DNA from: Octopus vulgaris
Taxonomy: Eukaryota
Assembly: GCA_951406725.2 (NCBI GenBank)
Contig: OX597814.1
Coordinates: 3,658,001-3,722,000, forward strand
Reading direction: 5' to 3'
Length of the DNA: 64,000 nucleotides
Within the stretch, counting starts at the first letter, position 1; each line of letters starts with the position of its first letter. Below the pieces are notes generated by a model. That model was not told the origin of the DNA, did not search any database, and saw only the letters and a program-made list of their open reading frames with translations. The position numbers were made by a program, and so were the translations under genes. Shown here one piece after another: positions 54,023-64,000 of this stretch.

Positions 54023-55552
54023 AGATTATAATTGACGAAGTACCTCCACCGAAATTTCGAAGCTTGTGCCTTCGAAACCATTTTAAATCTATTTTTATCT
54101 TTTTAAAAATCTCCCCGATGTGCAGAAGTCAGATTTTGCTGTTATTTCAAGCATCTCAAGCTACCAAGAATCTCATTGTTAATATTGTTCCAGTGGTACG
54201 CTCGATAAAAGACGGGTTTCTCTCTGAGGATATTTGTGCCATCGTTAGTATTTCAAGAGTTGATGGCTTGAAATACTATTTTCTTTTTATCGTTTTTTTG
54301 GTATTCATTTCTGTCTCTGTCTACGGGTCTATCTAACTATCAATCAATCAATCAATCAATCTATCATCAGGAGAGAGGGAAAGCAGGAGAGAGGGAGAGC
54401 AGGAGACAGAGAGATCAGAGAAAGGGAGAGCAGGAGACAGAGAGATCAGAGAAACGGAGAGCAGGAGAGGGAGAGAGGGAGAGAAAGAGAGAGGGAGGGA
54501 GAGAGGGAGGGTAGGAGAGAGTGAGATCAGGAGAGGGAGAACAGGAGAAGGAATGCAGAGGGAGAGCAGGAGAGAGAGGTCAGGGGGGAAGGAAAGCAAG
54601 ACAGAGGGAGATCAGGGGAGAGAGAGAGAGAGCAGGGAAAAGGGAGGGCAGGAGAGAGGGAGCGCATGCAAGAGAGAGCAGGAGAGACGGAGAGCAGAAG
54701 AGAGGGAGAGCAGGAGAGAGGCAGATCAGGAGAGAGGCAGATCAGGAGATATGGAGATCAGAGAGAGGAAGAGCAGGAGAGCGGAAGAGGAGAGAAGGAG
54801 AGATGGAGAGCAGGAGAAGGAGATAGAGAGAGCAGGAGGGACAGCAGGAGAGAGGGAGATCAGAGACAGGGAGAGCAGGAGAGAGGGAGAGCAGGAGAGA
54901 GGTAGATCAGAAGAGAGCGAGATCAGGAGAGAGAGATCGGAGAGAGGGAGATCAGGAGAGATGGAGATCAGAGAGAGGGAGAGCAAGAATGAGCAGGAGA
55001 GATGAAGAGCAGGAGAGAGGGAGAGCAGGAGAGAGGGAGAGCAGGAAAGAAGGAGAGCAGGAGAGAGGGAGGGCAGAAGAGTGAGATCGGAGAGAGGGAG
55101 AGCAGGAGAGAGGGAGGGCAGACGATTGAGATCGTAGTGAGGGAGAGCAGAAGAGAGGGAGAGCTGGAAAGAGGGAGATCAGGAGAGAGGGAGATCAGAG
55201 AGAGGGAGAGCAGGAGAGAGGGAGGGCAGAAGAGTGAGATCGGCGAGAGGGAGATCAGGAGAGGGAGAGTAAGAGAGGGAGAGTAGGAGAGGGAGAGCAG
55301 GAGAGGGGGAGGGAAGAAGAGTGAGATCAGAGAGAGAGAGCAGGAGAGAGGGAGAGCATGAGGGAGTGAGAGCAGGAGAGAGGGAGATCAAGAGAGAGGG
55401 AGATCAGAGAGAGGGAGATCAGAGAGAGGGAGATCAGGGGGATGGAGAGCAGAAGAGTGGGGGATCAGGTGAGAAGGCGATCAGAGAGAGGAGAGCAGGA
55501 GAGAGGGAAGGCAGAAGAGTGAGCTCGGAGAGAGGGAGAGCAGGAGAGAGGG
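53703..55552. repeat. Purine-rich degenerate minisatellite (gagagggagagcagga / gagatcagaga), two blocks 53703-53970 and 54366-55552, each followed by (ATCT)n
   Basis: Direct reading. The first block splits a family B SINE remnant (53638-53702 and 54025-54075). Confidence 0.9.
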
Positions 55553-55628
55553 ATATCTATATATCTATCTATCTATCTGTCTATCTATCTATCTATCTAT
55601 CTTTCTATCTATCTTTCTATCTATCTAT

Positions 55629-56019
55629 CTGGGCATGCCGTGGTTGATGATGCGCAGACACGCGCTGAGACTGCGACATCTCAGGCTCTTCGCAGACGAC
55701 GGTGAACAGGTGTGGTCACCATTTGTGAGGCACGCTTTCCCGCAGCTCGCCTCCATGGCCGAACTGCAGTCGTGGATCAAAAAGAGGCCGAGGAATGGCG
55801 AATGGCACCGCGAGTGTCGCGTTGCTCTCAAGCAACTCTGCCGTCCCGGGTCGACATTGAGTGACTCCAACACAACCGAAGCATTCTCTAGGGGATTAGT
55901 GGAGGGGAGGTACGACGACGAGCTCGGGGCGAACCTGGACGTCGACGAGGAATACCTGACCCGCCTGTTCGGGACGACTTTCGGGCCAGGGCCCATGGAC
56001 AACTTCCAGAGATCCCTTG
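55629..56019 (+). pseudogene. L1/Tx1-like LINE ORF2 internal fragment (post-RT region)
   Basis: GC-rich coding-like island LGMPWLMMRRHALRLRHL...VWSPFV...WHRECRVAL, resembling the (G)GLG.P...A...W segment that follows RT in L1/Tx1 ORF2. Fused to a family A SINE tail at 56024-56077. Confidence 0.6.
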
Positions 56020-56094
56020 CCGTGACTAAAGGCGGTGCTCCAGCATTCAAATGACTTAAACAAATAAAAGAATAAATACGACCAGTATATATAT

Positions 56095-56268
56095 TACTTT
56101 CAAATTTCTGCACAAGGCCAGCAATTTCAGAGGAGGGTGTACTCGATTATATCGCCCCAGTGTATAACTGCTATTTATTTTATAGACCCTGAAAAGCAAA
56201 ATCGACCTTGGCTGAATTTGAGCTCAGAACGTGAAGACGGACAAAATACCGCTAACCGTTCTGCCAGC
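56095..56268 (-). mobile_element. Family B SINE, degraded, tail B
   Basis: gcacaaggccagcaattt...tcgaccttggctgaatttgagctcagaacg...ttctgccagc. Confidence 0.75.
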
Positions 56269-56570
56269 AAGACGCGTCACTGAGCACGTCTGTTGTTGTG
56301 AACATATACGCATAATTCTGTTGGCTAAAAGTAGTAATACAACATGAGAAAAGTTAGGAAACAATTGTAATTATATGGAAATCAAATGGAAAGAAACAAA
56401 TCTTTATTCATCGTCTTTTAAGCTCCTGGCATGGGCCCAGGCTATCAGACATACAAAAAGGAGGATTGTTTGTTTTATGAAATACGTGTGAAAATCCACA
56501 AGTATCTGCAGAGGTTTTAAAAACAAGCAAGAACGGAGTGAGTAAGCCCTTTTCTTACGATATATATATA

Positions 56571-56802
56571 TATTTCTTTACTACCCATAAGGGGCTAAAC
56601 ACAGAGGAGACAAACAAGGACAGACATAGGTATTAAGTCGATTACATCGATCCCAGTGCGTAACTGGTACTTAATTTATCGACCCCGGAAGGATGAAAGG
56701 CAAAGTCGACCTCGGCGGAAATTGAACTCGGAACGTAACGGCAGACGAAATACGGCAACGCATTTCGCCCGGCGTGCTAACCTTTCTGCCAGCTCGCCGC
56801 CT
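56571..56802 (-). mobile_element. Family B SINE, tail A
   Basis: tatttctttactacccataaggggctaaacacagagg...ttctgccagctcgccgcc. Confidence 0.9.
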
Positions 56803-56806
56803 TACG

Positions 56807-56881
<75 letters not shown>

Positions 56882-57148
56882 TGTGTTTGTGTGTGTGTAA
56901 AATAATATGTGACAATTATTCGGTTGTCATAATAAAACTCTGGCATCTCGTCAGTTATTAAGACAAAACAAAGATGCTATGAAAATGACCGTTAAACGAA
57001 GGGAAATTACTATGAAATTGACCGTTATTAAGACAAACAAAAGAGGTGTGAGGATGACCGTTAAGTAAAGGGAAAAAAACCCGAAAAGGGGAGAAAGTAA
57101 AAACCGCTCCTAGGATTCGCGAATATATCATATATCATAAATATCTTA

Positions 57149-57204
<56 letters not shown>

Positions 57205-57207
<3 letters not shown>

Positions 57208-57420
57208 AATTGAGGACTGAACACGAAAAGTGGACAGTCAACATGCTAGATATAGACTTCAAATCGCCATTCTCCACAAAGAGTATGTTCTCACATAAAA
57301 CTCAGCACAGTTTTATGCGCTGAGTTTGATTTGAGAACATACTCTTTGTGGAGAATGGCGATTTGACGTCTATATCTAGCATGTTGACTGTCCACTTTTC
57401 GTGTTCAGTCCTCAGTTGGT
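57205..57420. repeat. Near-perfect palindrome, ~102-bp arms
   Basis: accaattgaggactgaacacg...aaactcagc [loop ~12 nt] gctgagttt...cgtgttcagtcctcagttggt, with few mismatches. Confidence 0.95.
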
Positions 57421-57619
57421 ATATATAAATATTTTAATCTTCGGATTCTTTTTAATATGCTAGACCACTGGTTTTAATTGACTAATATCAATTTCTACCC
57501 TTAATTAATTATATATATATATATATATATACACACAAACCTGTCTATGAATTTTGCTGATAGCAATTATTCAAAATAACGTGTTTCATGTAGTCAAACA
57601 AAAAAAAAGGTGAACCGCC

Positions 57620-58058
57620 ATATCGCGGTTCACCTGTCGCGCCCTCAGTATATCGCGGACTCCTCAGTATATCACGGGTTTCTGCGGCCGATAGATATTT
57701 ATATTTTGTTAGATTTTAATTATTTCTGTGGTAAAATAAGCCTTTTTACGCCTAAAAATTAATAAATTAATAAATACAATCACAGTACAGTACTGTATAA
57801 TACATTAATTGAAATATTTTAAAAGAAAATACGTGGTGTACCGTAGATGTGTAAACAAAGAATTCGCACTTACTGTATGGAAAACGAATCCCGGGGGGCG
57901 CGTGTGGGGGGTTGTTTTACATTTACAATAAAAGAAATAAACATAAATTATAAAAATTATTAAAAAATCTACAGTACAATACTGTTTCTACTTCGCGGAT
58001 TTTCACCGATCGCTGGGGGTTTTGGAACGTAACATCCGCGATAGCCGAGGGATTACTG
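57620..58058. mobile_element. Tigger/pogo-like MITE, right TIR intact
   Basis: Right end ccgcgatagccgagggattactg|TA. The left end carries tatcgcgg subterminal motifs, but the TIR is replaced by a small inversion (aggtgaaccgc-catatc-gcggttcacct). Confidence 0.7.
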
Positions 58059-58191
58059 TATATCAAAATTATCTCCGCTTCCAGGGAAGAAACAGAAAAT
58101 CCCTTGTATGTTGTGTCTATATATGCAACACTGTTATTTCAACCTTCTTTTGTATACACCTGTTTTATACATGTTACATAAACACCAAAAA

Positions 58192-58421
58192 TGCGGCGAG
58201 CTGGCAGAACCGTTAGCACGCCGGGCGAAATGCGTTGCCGTATTTCGTCTGCCGTTACGTTCTGAGTTCAAATTCCGCCGAGGTCGACTTTGTCTTTCAT
58301 CCTTTCGGGGTCGATAAATTAAGTACCAGTTACACATTGGGGTCGATATAATCGACTTAATCCGTTTGTCTGTCCGTGTTTGGCCCTCTGTGTTTAGCCC
58401 CCTGTGGGTAGTAAAGAAATA
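58192..58421 (+). mobile_element. Family B SINE, tail A
   Basis: Full head-core-tail with imperfect TSD gt(t/c)acataaaca(c/t)caa on both sides. Confidence 0.9.
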
Positions 58422-58589
58422 GTCACATAAACATCAATTATACACACCTGTTCTATATATCTGTTATAGACACCTGTTTTATATACCTGTTATTTACACC
58501 TGTTCTGAGACTAATTACAAACAGTGTAATCTATTTTACGCTCATGAGAGATTCAGTCAGTAACGTAAAGCTTCATGTCCATTTTGTGT

Positions 58590-58790
58590 TGTCTTTCTAT
58601 AAAAACCTGCACCGAAGCATTCCGACCAATCCTTCTTCCCCAAGTTGGCCTCGACTGAAACCTCCTCCCCGTTCACATTCATCACATACGGAACATCTCA
58701 CCAAGCTTCACCAACCCTCAGAAATTCCACCTGGAACATCGATGACAACACCAACATCACGTATCTTCTATTATTTGCACAGTTTATAAG
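58590..58790 (-). pseudogene. Possible very degraded ORF1 remnant of the same type as 17112-18509
   Basis: Minus-strand pieces VVIDVPGGISEGW and DVPYVMNVNGEEVSV loosely echo VKIPNIPPEVKTEW and RFPYRIEIEDEKTLSV. Confidence 0.25.
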
Positions 58791-58986
58791 AACTGCCTGA
58801 CCTCCCCGGAGCAAAATACGTTACAAAAAAGATTTTGCGGTTTTTATCAGAGGACAGAGACATGAGAGGCCGTTTCACAGTTAGAGAATACAGCTAGGAC
58901 AAATGAACCCGCTTGAAACACTAATCCCTCATGTTACTCTCTCCGCGGAAGGATTAACGTGAAGACTAACAAAGTAATTTAATTCT

Positions 58987-59082
<96 letters not shown>

Positions 59083-59093
59083 TACATACACAC

Positions 59094-59168
<75 letters not shown>

Positions 59169-59711
59169 TACTAACTTAAAAGCCACTATATTAGATGGTT
59201 TTGTGGTTTTGAAGCTAGTATAAAGCTTTTAAGCAACTGACCCTGAATAGGAAGATCTTCAAACAGGTCTCTGACTTGTTCTGCAGAATTTGTTTCACTT
59301 GCTTCCTCCAGAGTCATATCCCAATGATGATCATATTCATCACTAAAAATCAGGTAAAAAAATCGCCGAAACCAATCGCAGTAATGAAAACATAGGAATC
59401 CAAGATTTCAGGTTTGCAGGTTCGGATTCGTCCCAGAATGTTTTTAATTTACTCACGGAGTTGGCCTTTAGATTACAAAAATTGTTATCGTACAAAAAAA
59501 GTTATCGCAAAATGTCACGTAAAATACTCGCCGAAAACAATCACAGTAATGAGAACTTGGGAATCCAAAATGACAAGATTGTGGGCCCGGAATGTTTTTA
59601 ATTTTAAGTCAGCCTGATTCCAAAAATGGTATAATATGTTGGGCTACGGCTTCTAGGAGTAAAGCTGAAAAACTGTGACACACTGACATTCACATTTATT
59701 ATATTATATTA

Positions 59712-60098
59712 AGGCGGCGAACTGGCAGAATGGTTAGCACGCCGGGCGAAATGCTCAGCGATATTTCGTTTGCCGCTACGTTCTGAGTTCAAATTTTGCT
59801 GAGGTCGACTTTGCTTTCATCCTTTCGGGGTCGATTAAATAAGTACCAGTTACGCACTGGTGTTGATATAATCGACTTAATCCGTTTGTCTGTCCTTGTT
59901 TGTCCTCTCTGTTTAGCCCCTTGTGGGTAGTAAAGGAATAGGTATTTCGTGTGCCGTTACGTCCTGAGTTCAAATTCCGCCGAGGTCGACTTTGCCTTTC
60001 ATATTTTCGGGGTCGATAAATTAAGTACCAGTTATGCACTGGGGTCGATGTAATCGACTTAATCCGTTTGTCTGTCCTTGTTTGTCCCCTCTGTGTTT
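59712..60098 (+). mobile_element. Dimeric family B SINE (tail A twice)
   Basis: A ~182-bp unit gtatttcg...gtcgactttg...gtcgat.taatcgacttaatccgtttgtctgtcc is repeated. Confidence 0.9.
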
Positions 60099-60099
60099 A

Positions 60100-60545
60100 T
60101 CCACATACAGACACACACATACGTACACACACAAATTCGCACACAAACACATACATACACACACATAAGTACGCACACAAATTCGCAGAAATGCATATAC
60201 ACATACACACACTTACATACATACAACACAGAAACATATACACACACAAACCCACGCACACACATACACACACATATACACACATGCACACACACATACA
60301 CACATGCGTCCAACAGGCAAGCACACACACACACAAGCACACAAATACACGTGCACACACACACGTGCAATACACAAGCACACACACACACAAGCACAGA
60401 AATACATACACACATGTACAAACACACACACAAGCCCACACATACAAGTACACACACACAAACACACACACACATGCACACACAAACACATACATATACA
60501 CACATGCATATAACACACACATTCATACACACACACGCACACACC
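60100..60545. repeat. Degenerate (CA)n-derived tract
   Basis: Direct reading. Similar tracts occur at 62538-63523 and, TATG-type, at 52970-53575. Confidence 0.9.
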
Positions 60546-60809
60546 GTATTTGATAGCTTAAACATACACAAGCATATGAGATGGCCCTTAATTTCAGGAG
60601 CGCATAATAAGGAAAACAAGGTCCAAGTGCATCAGAGCTTGTAGCAGGACCGACGTGGGATGACTTTTTGGAGACACTTTTGATGAAAAAACACCATCAA
60701 ATACGGTATTTATTTTATAAAAGTAAAACAAGGAAGCCTCGATGCGATTGTCACAACTGGAACACATTGATCATGCATCTGCTAGATCTTTGCTGCCTTG
60801 GGTCTAAAC

Positions 60810-61034
60810 CAGGGGTGGGCAAACTTTTTTGATCGCGGGCCGCACAGTGCGTCTTTGGAACCTTGGCGGGCCTCATTTATAAAAATCAAGTGAAAATATT
60901 GTGAATTACCGTACAACTGAAACAGTTACGAAGTATCTGCATAGAAGTTGGGATTCATAAAAGCTCTCGGCGGGCCGCATGAAAACCTATGGCGGGCCGC
61001 ATGCGGCCCGTGGGCCGTAGTTTGCCCACCCCTG
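60810..61034. mobile_element. Complete hAT (Charlie-like) MITE, 225 bp
   Basis: Perfect 16-bp TIR caggggtgggcaaact/agtttgcccacccctg, 8-bp TSD gtctaaac at 60802-60809 and 61035-61042, and gcgggccgc subterminal motifs. Confidence 0.95.
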
Positions 61035-61569
61035 GTCTAAACGATAGCAACAATCAATTTTATAAAAGGCCACAACGTAGATTCTATAACAAGAGACTCA
61101 ATCGGTTGGAGGAGTCATCCAAGCGATGTCTCTAAGTGGAACCTCAATCACCATGAAATAACAACCAAATATCCCTCTAATTGCCTTCTACTGTCTTTGA
61201 ATTATATTAGGCGATCTTTAGATAAGCTTTGTCTGAATGGATACGAAGATGCGACGCCTTCGATCGCAGATCTGTTAAGCCATCACCGACTCAGAGCTAA
61301 ACAGCGACAACGGAATATATTTTATTTAAAACAAAACTGATGTCTTTGAGAGCGAACCTCTATTCTTAGAGTTTGGGTTTTTGGGGGGTTGTAACTGATA
61401 ACGTCGGAAGAATCTGATTTGGTGTTGCAACTAACTCAACGACAGAATGGTTATTTCCGTCTTGGAATTATTAATGGATCCACTTCTCAAAGTGTGCGGC
61501 GTTCGTCAAAAGCCCAACACCATGGCAACATTTAACAGACTGTTTACGTTGTGTGTGAGCCAAGATTCC

Positions 61570-61720
61570 ATTGACCTGGCCAATGAGAAATCATAAATAT
61601 TCCCTGATATTGTCAGAGAGAGGCACATAAATAAGACATTCTCGGTGTAATCAATCAGAAAGGTCAGTCTGGGAGGTCATCTGCGAGAGGTCAAGCAAAG
61701 AACTCAATCGGAAAGGTCAA
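61570..61720. promoter_or_regulatory. Candidate enhancer: five nuclear-receptor half-sites
   Basis: TGACCT at 61572 and AGGTCA at 61661, 61674, 61688 and 61714, in non-repeat sequence. Confidence 0.35.
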
Positions 61721-61772
61721 TTGAAAAGGAAGAAAAACTTTGTTAAAACTGTCCTCATCGAATTCACTAACT

Positions 61773-61811
<39 letters not shown>

Positions 61812-62030
61812 ATCATCATTGTTGCTGTTGATGTTGCTCTTGTTTTTGTTGCAATTATTATTGTTGTTTGATATTGTTTTTACTACAAACCATCATCATC
61901 ACCATCATCACCACCACCACCATCATCATCATCACCATCATCATTATCATCATCAGCATGATGCTGATGATGCTAACGACTCTTTTCATCGTCATTACCA
62001 CTACGACTGCCACCATTAATAATAATAATG

Positions 62031-62076
<46 letters not shown>

Positions 62077-62236
62077 TAACAACAACAAAAACAACAGCGT
62101 AGCAGCAACAGTATCACCATCATCAGCATCAGCTTCATCATCAGAACTATTACAACACCACCGCCGCCGCCGCCACCGTCCTCCTCCTCATCATCGTCGT
62201 CGTCATCATCAGCAGCAGCAGCAGCATCATCATCAC

Positions 62237-62285
<49 letters not shown>

Positions 62286-62415
62286 TTCATCATCATCATC
62301 ATCATCATCGTCGTCATCATCATCCTCATCATCATCATCATCATCGTTGTCGTTGTTGTCATTATTTCAGGAAACTAAAATGTTCGATACAGATCAATCA
62401 AAATTTTAGATTAGA

Positions 62416-62446
<31 letters not shown>

Positions 62447-63649
62447 TGACTTTTTGAAAAAAAAAAAAAAATGATACTATAAACAACGTTGAAAGAGCCA
62501 AGGCAGGAAAATAGTTTTGATACTAAAATATATGGTACACACACACAGGTGAAACACACACACACACACACACGCATACACGCATGCACATACACGCATG
62601 CACATATACAGACGCACATATACACACGCATGCACCTCACGCATATATATACACACATACATGCGTACACAGACACACGCATACACACATAAATACACAC
62701 ACATACACACAAACCCACACATACACACACATACGTAGACACACGCACAGAAATACACATACATGCACACAAACACATACACACACGCATGTACTTCAGG
62801 CAGACACACACACACGCATGCACATACGCACATATATACATACACACACACGCACACATACGCACACACACTCACGCACATGTACACACACATACACACG
62901 CATACATACACACAAACACATGCACATACGCACACATACCTACACACACATGCACACACATATATACACATGCACACATATATACATACATACACATGCA
63001 CAACATACAAGTACACACACACGAGCACACACACATACATGCACACACTCAAGCACACTCACAAACTCACACGCACAGACATACACAAACACGTACAACA
63101 CACACACACACACACATACACATGCACACACACGCGTGAAACCCCAAAGCACACACACACATACACAAACATACAAAAACTTTCACACATACATACAAAC
63201 ACACACACACACAAACACAGACGCACATGAACAAAGACACACATACATACAAACACATACACACATACATACACACGCACAACATATAAGTACACACACA
63301 TAAACGCACACACACAAGCACACTCACAAACACACACACACACACATACAAATACGTACAACACACAAGCACACACACACACACAAACACACACATAGAC
63401 ATGCACATACACACATACGTGCAACACCAAAGCACACACACATACAAGCACACAAAAATATACACACATACACAAACACACACGCGCATGCACACGCACA
63501 TACACGCACACACGCACACACACATCCGTATTAGCATTTCGCTTCGGTATGGCGATAGAAATAACCTGGATATGCTTCCTGGATAAAGTGTAAGGCGAAT
63601 GCTGAGTGTAAAATGGAAGGAGTACCAAAGCAAAAGAAGAACAAGGGAT

Positions 63650-63782
63650 TAGGGATTACGTAATCGGCTCCATTCGCTCATTACTTCCGGTTCTGCTATA
63701 AGATGCTCAAGCACTCAGCTCTGAGAACATTACACCCTGTAGCAGAAACAGCTGTTAGCCAATGAAGCTGATTACGCAATTC
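63650..63782. promoter_or_regulatory. Candidate promoter/enhancer motif cluster
   Basis: GATTACGTAATC 63654-63665, ACTTCCGGT 63683-63691, AACAGCTGTT 63747-63756, AGCCAATG 63757-63764, ATTACGCAAT 63771-63780. Confidence 0.4.
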
Positions 63783-64000
63783 CTATTTCTTTCTCTTTTC
63801 TTTAATTTGATGTGTATGTGTATGCGTGTGTGTATATGCGCGCGCACATACACACACACACCGGTCGTACTTCTGACGCATCCAAACATCTAGGCGCCAC
63901 CAGCTTCCTGTCCAGCTTCGCGGTCAAAGAAGGAACTGGTGTAGCTGAGCAATTGAGCCTACTCTGACAACACCATGTGACCCGTCTTGACCAATAGCAG

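Noticed and set aside
53687-55647. Arg/Glu/Gly-rich ORFs
   Set aside because: Purine-rich degenerate minisatellite open in all three frames.
55688-55699. FADD motif as a reverse-transcriptase active site
   Set aside because: The flanking RT motifs (QG…SP upstream, LG downstream) are missing, and the context matches the post-RT region, so the match is coincidental.
61774-62449. Poly-His/Gln/Asn ORFs resembling a transcription-factor exon
   Set aside because: A patchwork of trinucleotide repeats on both strands with no domain or clear splice sites.

Overview
Eukaryotic, very AT-rich, repeat-saturated DNA with no prokaryotic features and no confidently identifiable host gene. The SINE repertoire and huge (TA)n/(TACA)n/(CA)n tracts resemble what I recall of coleoid cephalopod (Octopus-type) intronic or intergenic DNA; this is recognition, not a database result. 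Almost all supplied ORFs are microsatellite translations. Real coding remnants are all mobile elements: a 5'-truncated RTE LINE (26.7-29.25 kb), a mariner transposase remnant (32.1-32.8 kb), a CR1-like 3' end (38.9-39.1 kb), an L1/Tx1-like ORF2 scrap (55.6-56.0 kb), and a 1.77-kb ORF1-only (CCHC gag-like) retroelement (16979-18750) nested in an older ORF1 homologue inside a Helitron. Also present are at least four SINE families, non-autonomous Helitrons, hAT and Tigger-like MITEs, a 1.6-kb GTTCA/GTTCG satellite and a 3.5-kb 22/23-bp minisatellite. The most interesting signals are: (1) the ORF1-only element ends in the same ~45-nt 3' tail as an abundant SINE, implying a shared mobilisation system; (2) about ten minimal hammerhead-ribozyme motifs sit in short, sequence-diverse, Penelope-like modules abutting (TA)n tracts; (3) many local fold-back palindromes; (4) the minisatellite is ~150 copies of a TCF/LEF-type CTTTGATC core and carries a clean 79-bp templated insertion copied from 4.6 kb downstream. 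Coordinates were read by eye and may be off by a few bases.
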